Of a stretch of 64,000 bases of DNA, positions 18,737 through 28,472 are shown piece after piece. The notes under the pieces were generated by a model. The model was given only the letters and a program-made list of their open reading frames with translations. It was not told where the DNA came from and did no database searches. A program made the position numbers and the translations under genes. This DNA comes from Lentimicrobiaceae bacterium (GTDB taxonomy: Bacteria; Bacteroidota; Bacteroidia; Bacteroidales; UBA4417): positions 92,208-156,207 of the forward strand of contig JBGSUB010000080.1 of NCBI GenBank assembly GCA_041753535.1, written 5' to 3'. Positions within the stretch are counted from its first letter, which is position 1, and each line of letters opens with the position of its first letter.

Positions 18737-19417
18737 ATGGGGAAATACGCAATAATAGTTGCCGGTGGAACCGGAACCCGCATGAAAGGCGAAGTTCCCA
18801 AACAGTTCATGCTTTTAAACGGTAAGCCGGTTATATTATATTCGATTGAGGCTTTCAATGCCTGTGATACAGCAGTTCAGATCATTCTTGTTGTACATCC
18901 TGACTATCTGAATTATTGCAAGCAGTTGTGTGAAGAATTTAAGATTCCTGGGCCTTTAAAGATTGTCGCAGGTGGTGAAACCCGTTTCGATTCAGTAAAA
19001 AACGGGTTGAAATTTATTGATGCGGATGGACTTGTGGCTATTCACGATGCTGCACGCCCGGTTATCACTGCTGAATTTATAAGTAGTTTATTTTCCGAAG
19101 CCGAAAAATACGGATCGGCTATTCCAGGCATACCTTTGAATGACACAATCAGGGTGATAGAAGGCGATACTTCGCGACAGATAGACAGAACCTTTTTACG
19201 AGCCATGCAAACACCGCAGGTTTATAAAATCACAGAATTAAAAAAGGCTTATGAACAGCCATTCCTACCTTTTTTTACCGACGACGCTTCGGTAATGCAA
19301 TCGGCAGGTTTTCATCTGCATCTGACTGAAGGCAGTGCTTTGAATATCAAAATAACCAATCCTGAGGATATAATTTTAGCAGAAACATTTTTGAAAAGGG
19401 AACCATTCAGGCACTGA
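18737..19417 (+). CDS. ispD: 2-C-methyl-D-erythritol 4-phosphate cytidylyltransferase
   Basis: AIIVAGGTGTRM, PKQFMLLNGKPV, IHDAARP. The stop codon lies inside a CACTGAG word. Confidence 0.92.
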   Translation: MGKYAIIVAGGTGTRMKGEVPKQFMLLNGKPVILYSIEAFNACDTAVQIILVVHPDYLNYCKQLCEEFKIPGPLKIVAGGETRFDSVKNGLKFIDADGLVAIHDAARPVITAEFISSLFSEAEKYGSAIPGIPLNDTIRVIEGDTSRQIDRTFLRAMQTPQVYKITELKKAYEQPFLPFFTDDASVMQSAGFHLHLTEGSALNIKITNPEDIILAETFLKREPFRH

Positions 19418-19455
19418 GGGCACTAAGAACCACTAAGAAATTTTCAGAAAAGATA

Positions 19456-20598
19456 TTATTGTGACTTAAAGGATGATTTTCTTCCCTTCCATTCATACTT
19501 TCCAAAATTTCCGACAATTCCGATAAAAAGCGTATAAACTGCATTCAACAGTTCCATCGCAGGGAGTAGCCACATTAAAGCAGCGCTTCTCTGAAACCTG
19601 CTGTAACTGAGCATCAATGGCAAATCAACAATCAATTTTGTGAAGAAAAACAATAAGAAAAACTTGTAAAATGCCGGAAATAGAAGGGCTGAAATGCCTG
19701 CAGCAACCAGGCATACATTAGCGATAAAAACCAAAACCGATGTCATAATAAGCAAAGGATCAGAATATCCCCGGCTTTTTGAAACCCATCGCATTCGTTG
19801 CTGAAGAAATGGTTTCATTCCCCTGGCTGAAGGAGTGCTGACAATAGCTTCAGATGATTTTATAAACCGAATTGAGATAGAACCGAATTTCCTTTTAATA
19901 TTCATCATCAGGAACATATCATCGCCCGACGGGAATTGCAAATTGCCTGAAAACCCTCCGCAGCTATCGAACGCCTGGCGTGTAAAAGCAATATTTGCCC
20001 CGTTTGCCATCAGTGGAAACCCGGCAGAGCACGATCCGGCTGCCGATGAAAGAAGGCTTATAAACTCAAGTGACTGGAGCTTCCCAAAGAAAGTACCTCC
20101 ATCCGTCATCCGAACCGGTCCGAGGATCATTTGCGGCTTATATTCAGCATAGAACGATGCCAGGCTCTGTATCCAGGAAAACCCTGCAGTACAATCGGCA
20201 TCGGTGATTACGATCAGTTCACCGGATGAAGATTTGATTCCCTTGCTTAACGCTGCCTTTTTGCCAATTCTGTCTTCCTCGGCAAGTGACAAAACTTTCA
20301 GATCTTGTCCGGTCCTTAAATTTTCAGATATTTCTTCAAGCAATCGGATTGTATCATCTGTTGAATGATCGTCAACAATAATTATTTCGAGATGCCGATA
20401 TTCCTGCTGAAGCAGACTATGAAGCAGTGTTTTTATATTTCCGGCTTCATTACGGACAGCAACTATCACACTTACGTTGATTTCCTGATTTAATCCTGAT
20501 TTTTTGAACACTTTCAGCCTGTACCAGCCGATAGAAATAGCAATAATCAATATTGAATAAAAAGCTAAAACTAAAGATGCAAAAAGCGGAAAGATCAT
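19456..20598 (-). CDS. family 2 glycosyltransferase, membrane-associated
   Basis: VSVIVAVRNE, IIIVDDHSTDDT, VITDADC (DxD), C-terminal TM helices. The start at 20598 forms an ATGA overlap with the upstream gene's stop. The longer track ORF (to 20961) overlaps that gene and was trimmed. Confidence 0.85.
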   Translation of the reverse strand: MIFPLFASLVLAFYSILIIAISIGWYRLKVFKKSGLNQEINVSVIVAVRNEAGNIKTLLHSLLQQEYRHLEIIIVDDHSTDDTIRLLEEISENLRTGQDLKVLSLAEEDRIGKKAALSKGIKSSSGELIVITDADCTAGFSWIQSLASFYAEYKPQMILGPVRMTDGGTFFGKLQSLEFISLLSSAAGSCSAGFPLMANGANIAFTRQAFDSCGGFSGNLQFPSGDDMFLMMNIKRKFGSISIRFIKSSEAIVSTPSARGMKPFLQQRMRWVSKSRGYSDPLLIMTSVLVFIANVCLVAAGISALLFPAFYKFFLLFFFTKLIVDLPLMLSYSRFQRSAALMWLLPAMELLNAVYTLFIGIVGNFGKYEWKGRKSSFKSQ

Positions 20599-21605
20599 CG
20601 CCTGAAAAATTTTAACCTGAAAATAACCAGAACACCTGCCAGAGAAGGAATCGCTATATTTATCAGCCAGATTAAAGTTGAGGCGGAAACCACCGCTAAA
20701 GCCGCCGCTGCATCCAGGCCATTCGCACCGGCAAGCATGCCAAAAAGAAAAACAGAAACTGATCCCCGAATGCCCAGTTCGGTTAAGGCCACGGTAGGTA
20801 TGGCTGCCAGCACTAGATAAATTACCGGGATCACCATCATGCATTGCAATGCTGTGAAGTTCAATCCCATCAAGCGGATGCTGAGATAAAACTGGGTTGA
20901 AAATACCATATAACGAAATGTACTCAGTAAAACTACTTTCAGCAAAAGCTGCTTCGGACATGTTGCAACAGCTTCGATACTGTTTTTAATTTTTTCGCTG
21001 TATTTTGCCGGGATAAGGATAGAGATACGATGCAAAACGGAGATATTGAAAAAAGCGAATATCATCATCAGGCTTATCGTTATCAGCGTGATCGAAAATC
21101 CATTTACAAGCCAGGCGCTGCCGGGTATCATATTTGTCAGGTATCGTGGTGCAAATACACTATAAGCTATCGTCCCTATAACAATGGTAACCAGCAGCTG
21201 GCTGAAACTTCCCACGATTGTGAGTAGTATGGCTTTGAGCGGATCCGTTCTTTTTAAAATAAAAACTCTTCCCAAAAATTCGCCTACCCTGTTAGGTGTA
21301 AATACACTTACTGCCAACCCGCCCAGCACGGCCTGGTATGCGTTATTGAAACTTACCTTTTCCGACTGGTTGATAAGCAGTTTCCACTTCACCGATTCAA
21401 TTCCCCAGTTGATAATCATCAAAAATATCAGCAAAAGGGATATATATTTAACCTCATCTCCACTGAGTACTGAATTCATAAATGTACTCACCTGCCCTGC
21501 AGGAAGTTCATAAATACGGTAAAAAATATACGAAAGCGATAGCGTGGCTATTAATAACCGGGTGGCGATATCCAGTGTTTTTCGTACTTTTGGGGTTAAT
21601 TTCAC
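20595..21605 (-). CDS. polytopic membrane protein, flippase-like / lysylphosphatidylglycerol-synthase-TM (UPF0104)-like
   Basis: About 8 hydrophobic segments, no soluble domain. This family is commonly paired with a GT2 gene. GTG start at 21605. Confidence 0.65.
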   Translation of the reverse strand: MKLTPKVRKTLDIATRLLIATLSLSYIFYRIYELPAGQVSTFMNSVLSGDEVKYISLLLIFLMIINWGIESVKWKLLINQSEKVSFNNAYQAVLGGLAVSVFTPNRVGEFLGRVFILKRTDPLKAILLTIVGSFSQLLVTIVIGTIAYSVFAPRYLTNMIPGSAWLVNGFSITLITISLMMIFAFFNISVLHRISILIPAKYSEKIKNSIEAVATCPKQLLLKVVLLSTFRYMVFSTQFYLSIRLMGLNFTALQCMMVIPVIYLVLAAIPTVALTELGIRGSVSVFLFGMLAGANGLDAAAALAVVSASTLIWLINIAIPSLAGVLVIFRLKFFRR

Positions 21606-21608
21606 TTT

Positions 21609-21642
21609 AGGGGATTAGGAGTTGGGGATTAGGTTTTAGTGG
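21609..21642 (+). repeat. G-rich TTAGG-type word repeat (GGGGATTAGGAGTTGGGGATTAGGTTTTAGTGG)
   Basis: Plus strand is C-free from 21606 to 21644, so there is a 39-nt G-free sense-strand leader directly upstream of the minus-strand GTG at 21605. Confidence 0.8.
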
Positions 21643-21722
21643 TTCATGAATCTGGAATCAGGAACCTGAAACATATTATAACAGAGCGATCTACACATTT
21701 TACACATAACTACCGCAACCCT

Positions 21723-22274
21723 TTGGCAAGCGAACGTATCATTTTAGGCATAGACCCCGGAACCAACATCATGGGTTTCGGATTAATTGTGGATAAAGGT
21801 AAGAAAATTGAACTGATTGCGCTTGATGTTATAAAACTTGACCACCTGGATACACAGCCGCTGAAGTTGAAGAGCATATTTGAAAAAGTTCTTGCTCTTA
21901 TTGACAATTTCCATCCCGATGAAGTTGCACTAGAAGCACCGTTTTTCGGCAAAAACGTGCAGAGTATGCTCAAACTGGGACGGGCGCAGGGAGTAGCAAT
22001 GGCAGCCGCCTTGTACCGCGATATCCCCATTTTTGAATATTCGCCTCGTAAAGTTAAACAATCCATAACAGGGCATGGGAATGCATCGAAAGAACAGGTT
22101 TCGGCTATGATTAACCGCTTGGTTGTAATTGCCGAGCAGCCAAAATACTTCGATGCTACTGATGCAGTGGCAGTTGCCTGCTGCCATTATTTCCAAAGGA
22201 CAGCGGAAGGGCCGGCCACAAGTTATACGGGATGGGGGGCGTTTGTGAATAATAATCCGGGGAGGGTGAAATGA
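21723..22274 (+). CDS. ruvC: crossover junction endodeoxyribonuclease RuvC
   Basis: ILGIDPGTNIMGFG, ALEAPFFGKNVQS, DATDAVAVACCHY. There is no in-frame ATG near the conserved N-terminus. TTG at 21723 gives a typical ~183-aa RuvC; the GTG at 21639 (ORF track) lies inside the G-rich repeat. Start is uncertain. Confidence 0.85.
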   Translation: MASERIILGIDPGTNIMGFGLIVDKGKKIELIALDVIKLDHLDTQPLKLKSIFEKVLALIDNFHPDEVALEAPFFGKNVQSMLKLGRAQGVAMAAALYRDIPIFEYSPRKVKQSITGHGNASKEQVSAMINRLVVIAEQPKYFDATDAVAVACCHYFQRTAEGPATSYTGWGAFVNNNPGRVK

Positions 22275-22306
22275 TTGCGGATTGACGATTGCGGATTACG
22301 GAATTG
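22273..22306 (+). repeat. tandem 7-nt period array GATTGCG-GATTGAC-GATTGCG-GATTACG-GAATTG
   Basis: Read directly. The array begins inside the ruvC TGA stop (22272-22274). Confidence 0.85.
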
Positions 22307-22389
22307 TTTCAAATCATTACTTGTTATGATCAATGGGTTGTCGTATAATGCCCTGATCCAAAGTTCTTCCTGCTATTCAGGATCAAATC

Positions 22390-23565
22390 CTACATCAACT
22401 TCTGATACGCCTGCCACCAGCGGTCGGGGATCTCGTCAGTAAGGGCAGTTTGGTAATCTTCGGCTGAACAGGGAACAATGTAATGCCGGCGGTATTTTTC
22501 ACGGATATTATCGGTGCATTTCAGTTCCATCCACCAGCGCTCAGTGGCTTTGCTTTTGTAAAATACAATTCCATCTTCAAAATCGGTAACCTGCACTGTG
22601 TAACGGATATAATTATCGGTTCCAGCCGAAGGATGGTCGTCCTGCCGGTGATAGAATCCATCAATAAAATACCATATTATCTGAGCCAACAGATGGGCTG
22701 TCTGCCCGTTTCGGTCGAGGGCGGGATTCATTTCGAAAAACCCGGCAGAAGAAATTTTGTCGCTCATGCCTGCATAGCGCGCCATCTGGCAGGCTTCTTC
22801 ACCATAAAATCCATTGGGCGTGGCATTGGCGTTTCCGGGAGCATCGCTTTGCCGGATAGCGGCCATATCGAACGTAAAAAGATCGGCATTCCGGACCAGC
22901 GGTTCAACCTGAGTAATATCGCTATGTAAAACACCCAAACGGTAAATATCGAAAAAGAGATTGTGCATCAGGTCAATAGCTCCCTGCTCAACAAAATACG
23001 TCTGGTAACCTATGTTGGTATAGTTAAATAAATAGTTGGGTTTGTGAAGGATAATATGGCTGAGGTACGACCGGGAATTAAGCTGGGCTTCACTTTCACC
23101 CAGATCGAACATAGGATCGACAGCTGCTATGTTAATGATATTCTTACGGTTTTTGTATGCGCGGTACATTGCATACGTTAAATCCTGGCCACCACCAATT
23201 ATAACAGGAACAATATTTAGCTCGAGCAATGCCTCAACCACGGCGGTTACAGCAAAATAGGTATCCTCAACGCTATCACCGCGCATGATATCACCCAGAT
23301 CGGCGACATTAGTTTTGTATGTCCCCGGTAAAAGCCGGTACAAGTATTCACGCACACTTTGAGAGGCACTGGCACATCCCTGGTTATCTACTGCGCTGCG
23401 GTCATCATCCACTCCGAACAGTGCAATATCAACATCTGAAAGATCCGGAAACCCGTTTTCGGAATCGTAGGCATCGAAAACCTCGCCTAATCGTTTTCCG
23501 GTATGCGCTGCCACATGTGGCAAACTGATATCCTGAACCGGTTTAAAGTAGCTGGAGATATGCAT
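22390..23565 (-). CDS. arginase/ureohydrolase-family protein (formimidoylglutamase-like)
   Basis: 391 aa. Ureohydrolase-type segments VPVIIGGGQDLTY and FTFDMAAIR. Substrate not assignable from sequence alone. Confidence 0.7.
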   Translation of the reverse strand: MHISSYFKPVQDISLPHVAAHTGKRLGEVFDAYDSENGFPDLSDVDIALFGVDDDRSAVDNQGCASASQSVREYLYRLLPGTYKTNVADLGDIMRGDSVEDTYFAVTAVVEALLELNIVPVIIGGGQDLTYAMYRAYKNRKNIINIAAVDPMFDLGESEAQLNSRSYLSHIILHKPNYLFNYTNIGYQTYFVEQGAIDLMHNLFFDIYRLGVLHSDITQVEPLVRNADLFTFDMAAIRQSDAPGNANATPNGFYGEEACQMARYAGMSDKISSAGFFEMNPALDRNGQTAHLLAQIIWYFIDGFYHRQDDHPSAGTDNYIRYTVQVTDFEDGIVFYKSKATERWWMELKCTDNIREKYRRHYIVPCSAEDYQTALTDEIPDRWWQAYQKLM

Positions 23566-23671
23566 GGAATGAGTTAAAAGTTATGAGCTAAGAACTGGTG
23601 CTTACCTGAAATACAGAAAAATTTTAAGGTTAACAGATATGGAATATACCCATTATCGTATGTACACACTT

Positions 23672-25993
23672 TTACTTTTTTCCCCGTGGGACAAATTTCT
23701 TTTTAGCCGGTGCCGGTGCATCACCAAGTTTCAGGCAATCCTCCAGGGTAAGCATCGCAGGTTCAGTTCCTTTAGGTATTTTAATGTTATTTTTTCCTAT
23801 TGAGATGTAAGGGCCATACCGGCCATTAAGCACAAGTACATCAGGACGTTCGGCAAACGATTTGATGGTACGGTTTGCTCCTTCGGTCCGTTTTTCCTCA
23901 ATCAGTTCAATAGCTCGTTCAGTTGTTATTGTAGCAGGGTCATCCGTCTTTTTAAGTGAGCAGAATTTGGATTTATGCAAAACATACGGGCCGAAACGTC
24001 CGATACCAATGGTAATATCGGCATCTTCGAACTGTCCTAAAAGGCGCGGGAAATCGAATAATTTTAAAGCTTCTTCCAGCGTAATAGTTTCAAGGGTTTG
24101 TCCTTTGCGAAGTCCTGCAAATTTTGGTTTATCAGGCGAATCGGTTTCTCCCATCTGAGCGATAACGCCAAACCGGCCCAGTTTTACATAAATATTAATT
24201 CCTGTTGCAGGGTCGACGCCAAGCAGTTTTTCGCCCTTGGCCTTTTCGCCGCTTTCGAGGGTTTCGACTACTTTTTTATGAAAAGGCGAATAAAACTCGC
24301 TGATCATCTGGTTCCATACTTTCAACCCGTCAGCAATTTCATCAAATTCCTTTTCAACACTGGCAGTAAAGTTGTAATCCATTATATCTTCGAAATACTG
24401 CTGCAGGAATCGCGTTACCAGTTCGCCCGTATCAGTAGGAAAAAGCTTCGATTTTTCGAAACCGAACTTTTCGTGTTTCACGGTTTCTTTTATCTTGCCG
24501 TCCTTCAGCAACAATTGTTTTATGTCGCGTGTATTGCCATCGCGATCCTCTTTAACAACATACTCGCGTTTTATGATGGTCGAAATGGTAGGAGCATAAG
24601 TCGAAGGTCGTCCGATACCCAGTTCTTCAAGTTTTTTTACAAGGCTGGCTTCGGTATATCGCGGCTGGCTGGCAGTAAACTTCTGTACAGCTTCAATGTA
24701 CTGCATATCAAGTTTTTCTCCTTTTTTAACAGGTGGGAGCAAGCCTTCCGTTTGTTCGGTATCATCATCGGTCGATTCCATGTAGACTTTAAGGAATCCG
24801 TCGAACTTTATCACTTCTCCGAGTGCAACAAATTGCTCCTTGCTGTTAGAAAGGTCAATATTTATATTCGTTTTTTCCAGGATTGCATCAGCCATCTGCG
24901 AAGCTATAGTTCGTTTCCAGATGAGTTCGTAAAGTCGTTTCTGTGAAGTATCACCATCAATCGAGCTGGCATTCATATAAGTAGGACGTATGGCTTCATG
25001 TGCCTCCTGTGCTCCTTTACTCTTGCTAGCATATTGACGCGATTTATGGTATTCCTTGCCATATTGCGACGTAATTTCTTCCTTTGCCATACCAAGAGCT
25101 GTTTGCGACAGGTTTACCGAGTCGGTACGCATATAGGTAATTTTACCGCTTTCGTAAAGCTGCTGGGCGACAGTCATGGTGCGGCTTACCGAGAAACCAA
25201 GCTTGCGGCTGGCTTCCTGCTGCAAGGTAGAGGTGGTGAAAGGTGGTGCCGGCGAACGCTTGCCGGGTTTTTGTTCAACATCGGCAACTGTGTACATTGC
25301 TTTGCTGCATAATTCAAGAAATTTGCGTGCTTCTTCGAGGGTTGTAAACCGTTTTGGAAGGTCAGCTTTAAAAACGCCATTTCCTTTTTCATTATTCACG
25401 GCAAACAATCCGCTTACCTTATACGCAAAAGTTGACTGGAATGCCCGGATATCTTCTTCCCGCTCTACAATTAACTTCACGGCAACACTTTGAACGCGGC
25501 CTGCTGATAATGCTGGTTTTACCTTTTTCCAAAGTATGGGCGAAAGTTCAAAACCAACTAGCCTGTCGAGCACACGACGTGCCTGTTGTGCATTAACAAG
25601 GTTGATATCAATTTTGCGCGGGGTTTTAATTGCTTCAGAAATTGCTGATTTGGTTATTTCATGAAATACAATCCTGTTTGTTTTAGCTATATCAAGCTTT
25701 AAGACCTCTGCAAGGTGCCACGAAATGGCTTCCCCTTCCCGATCCTCGTCAGTGGCAAGCCATACAGTTTCGGAACTGTCAGCCAGTTTTTTCAGCTCAC
25801 TTATCACTTTTTTCTTGTCGGACATTACCTCATATACCGGCTTGAACTGGTTATTAACTTCAATCCCCAGTTCTTTGGTCGAAAGATCGCGCACATGGCC
25901 GAAGCTGGACTTTACTGTAAAATCCTTCCCCAGGTATCCTTCAATAGTTTTTGCCTTGGCCGGTGATTCAACAATTACAAGATTTTTACTCAT
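23672..25993 (-). CDS. topA: DNA topoisomerase I
   Basis: TOPRIM LVIVESPAKAKTIEGYLG, LATDEDREGEAISWH, active-site region ITYMRTDS, C-terminal repeated domains. The ATG at 25993 is preferred over the track start at 26074. Confidence 0.95.
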   Translation of the reverse strand: MSKNLVIVESPAKAKTIEGYLGKDFTVKSSFGHVRDLSTKELGIEVNNQFKPVYEVMSDKKKVISELKKLADSSETVWLATDEDREGEAISWHLAEVLKLDIAKTNRIVFHEITKSAISEAIKTPRKIDINLVNAQQARRVLDRLVGFELSPILWKKVKPALSAGRVQSVAVKLIVEREEDIRAFQSTFAYKVSGLFAVNNEKGNGVFKADLPKRFTTLEEARKFLELCSKAMYTVADVEQKPGKRSPAPPFTTSTLQQEASRKLGFSVSRTMTVAQQLYESGKITYMRTDSVNLSQTALGMAKEEITSQYGKEYHKSRQYASKSKGAQEAHEAIRPTYMNASSIDGDTSQKRLYELIWKRTIASQMADAILEKTNINIDLSNSKEQFVALGEVIKFDGFLKVYMESTDDDTEQTEGLLPPVKKGEKLDMQYIEAVQKFTASQPRYTEASLVKKLEELGIGRPSTYAPTISTIIKREYVVKEDRDGNTRDIKQLLLKDGKIKETVKHEKFGFEKSKLFPTDTGELVTRFLQQYFEDIMDYNFTASVEKEFDEIADGLKVWNQMISEFYSPFHKKVVETLESGEKAKGEKLLGVDPATGINIYVKLGRFGVIAQMGETDSPDKPKFAGLRKGQTLETITLEEALKLFDFPRLLGQFEDADITIGIGRFGPYVLHKSKFCSLKKTDDPATITTERAIELIEEKRTEGANRTIKSFAERPDVLVLNGRYGPYISIGKNNIKIPKGTEPAMLTLEDCLKLGDAPAPAKKKFVPRGKK

Positions 25994-26230
25994 ATTATTT
26001 TGATTTAAACCATAAAATCGGCTGCAAAGTAACGCAATAATATTACAACTGAGCGGACATATTGTTGTGTACACCTTAATAATGTGAAATTTTTACCGTT
26101 CAGCCATAGGAGATTTTACATATAAGACAGCAATTAATATATCACAATTACAGGAAGTTAGCCTCAATCATTCGTGACTAAATTTGTTGTAATTTTGCAA
26201 ATCTAAAAAAAATCAGTAATTACTCTTAAT

Positions 26231-27577
26231 TTGTGGAATATTGACGTGGAAAACAAAAAGAAAGCCTATATAGAGACCTATGGATGCCAGATGAATTTTT
26301 CGGACAGCGAAATAGTAGCCTCAATACTTGAAACCCAGGATTACGAGCAAACAACCGATATAAAAAGTGCCAACCTCATTTTATTAAATACCTGTTCGAT
26401 ACGCGATAATGCTGAACAGCGGGTTCGCAACCGCCTTAATGAACTTCATGCTCTTAAGCGCAGGCAACCCGGATTGATAATCGGGCTTTTGGGGTGTATG
26501 GCCGAGCGCCTTAAAGACAAACTTCTGGAAGAAGAACGCCACATTGACCTTATTATTGGTCCCGATGGTTACCGCCAATTGCCTCAATTACTCGAGCAGG
26601 TCGAAAGCGGACAAAAAGCGATCAATGTATTGCTTTCGGCTGACGAAACTTATGCTGATATAAATCCTGTGCGTACAGGTGGCAGTGGTGTTACGGCCTT
26701 TATAAGTATCATGCGCGGATGCGAGAATTTCTGTTCCTACTGTGTTGTGCCCTACACCCGCGGAAAAGAGCGTAGTCGCAATCCTCAAACCATTGTAAAA
26801 GAAGCCGTTGAACTCTTCTCCCAGGGCTTTCGTGATATTACCCTGTTGGGCCAGAATGTGAACTCATACCATTGGGAAGAAAATGGAATACCAATTGAAT
26901 TTCCGGCATTGCTCGAAGAAGTGGCATTGGTAAATCCGCTATTGCGGGTTCGGTTTGCAACTTCACACCCGAAGGACATTTCCGACGATCTGTTAGAGGT
27001 CATTGCTGCTCACAATAATATCTGCAAATCAATCCACCTGCCCGTTCAATCGGGGAGTACGGAAGTACTAGCTAGGATGAAGCGCGGTTATACCCGCGAA
27101 TGGTACATGGATCGCATAGCGGCTATAAAAAGAATTATTCCGGGTTGTGCTATTACTACCGATATCATTGCCGGATTTTGTGCTGAAACGGAGGAAGATC
27201 ATTCCCAAACAATTTCTGTCATGCGCGAAGTTGCCTACGATTACGCTTATATGTTCAAATATTCTGAAAGGCCGAATACCATTGCCGCAAAGAAATATCC
27301 TGACGATGTACCCGAAGAAGTTAAAAGTCGCCGGCTGGACGAAATTATAGCTTTGCAGCAGGAGCTTTCGCTGAAAAGCAATAAACTTGATATAGGCAAA
27401 GAATTTGAGGTGCTCACCGAAGGCGTTTCGAAACGTTCGGATCAGCAACTTTTTGGCCGGACAAGCCAGAATAAGGTGGTCGTTTTTCCGCGCGAATCCT
27501 ATGGTCCGGGAGATTATGTGAAGGTGAAAATCCTTTCATGCACTGCGGCAACACTTAAAGGGGACCTTATAAAATAA
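26231..27577 (+). CDS. miaB: tRNA (i6A37) methylthiotransferase MiaB
   Basis: YIETYGCQMN (N-terminal MTTase domain), radical-SAM CENFCSYCVVPYTRG, C-terminal TRAM. Start uncertain (TTG at 26231 or GTG at 26246). Confidence 0.92.
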   Translation: MWNIDVENKKKAYIETYGCQMNFSDSEIVASILETQDYEQTTDIKSANLILLNTCSIRDNAEQRVRNRLNELHALKRRQPGLIIGLLGCMAERLKDKLLEEERHIDLIIGPDGYRQLPQLLEQVESGQKAINVLLSADETYADINPVRTGGSGVTAFISIMRGCENFCSYCVVPYTRGKERSRNPQTIVKEAVELFSQGFRDITLLGQNVNSYHWEENGIPIEFPALLEEVALVNPLLRVRFATSHPKDISDDLLEVIAAHNNICKSIHLPVQSGSTEVLARMKRGYTREWYMDRIAAIKRIIPGCAITTDIIAGFCAETEEDHSQTISVMREVAYDYAYMFKYSERPNTIAAKKYPDDVPEEVKSRRLDEIIALQQELSLKSNKLDIGKEFEVLTEGVSKRSDQQLFGRTSQNKVVVFPRESYGPGDYVKVKILSCTAATLKGDLIK

Positions 27578-27683
27578 TTGAACCAATAAATTTTATCCAA
27601 ACTTTTTAAATAAAAATCCATTCTATTTATTATATCTTTGCTGCTTTTCGTTGTTTTTTAAAGATTTGTTAACATTGGCTTCT

Positions 27684-28472
27684 ATGAAAATTAGTTTACT
27701 TGCTTTTAAGCTGTTTTGTTTGTCAATCATTGGCTTAGCCCTGTTTTCGTGTGTACCACAGGCTAAAATGAAATATCTGCAGGATAAGGAAGGAGATACT
27801 GCAAAGTATGAATTTCAGACGTTAAGACCTGACTATAAGATTAAGCCGGGCGATTATTTATATGTCAGGATACTTTCACTCGACCAGAAAAGCAACGAGT
27901 TATTCGCTACCATAGCCGGTTCGTCAGCAGCAAACTATAACATGAACATTACTGACCAGAACCTTTATCTTACAAGCTATATGGTCACCGATTCGGGGTA
28001 TATCGATTTCCCCTTATTCGGAAAAATTTATGCCAACGGACTTACAATTACTGAGATGCAGCAAACCCTGACTAAAGAGGTATCAGAGATCATTATTGGT
28101 GCCAGTGTGGTTGTAAAACTGGTCATGTATAATATTTCAGTACTTGGTGAAGTAAAATCACCCGGTAAATACTCCATATACAATAACCGGGTAAATATTT
28201 TTGAAGCCTTAGCCCTTGCTAAAGACCTTACACCTTATGCCGACCGCAGTAAAGTGCAAATTGTTCGTACTGAAGGTAATAAAACCAATGTAGTCGTTTT
28301 TAACCTGCTCAACAAGGATATTCTTGCTTCTCCTTACTACTACCTTCAGCCTAACGATATATTATATGTTGAACCACTGAAAGAAAAGTCTTTTGCGTTT
28401 GAAACCTTTCCTTACGCTCTGGTATTATCCTCAGTCAGTTTATTACTTGTTGTCTTAACATTCTTTAAATAA
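27684..28472 (+). CDS. polysaccharide export outer-membrane protein (Wza/BexD family)
   Basis: Signal peptide with ALFSC, Poly_export-type YKIKPGDYLYVRI, SLBB-like ISVLGEVKSPGKY. 1-nt TAATG overlap with the next gene. Confidence 0.85.
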   Translation: MKISLLAFKLFCLSIIGLALFSCVPQAKMKYLQDKEGDTAKYEFQTLRPDYKIKPGDYLYVRILSLDQKSNELFATIAGSSAANYNMNITDQNLYLTSYMVTDSGYIDFPLFGKIYANGLTITEMQQTLTKEVSEIIIGASVVVKLVMYNISVLGEVKSPGKYSIYNNRVNIFEALALAKDLTPYADRSKVQIVRTEGNKTNVVVFNLLNKDILASPYYYLQPNDILYVEPLKEKSFAFETFPYALVLSSVSLLLVVLTFFK

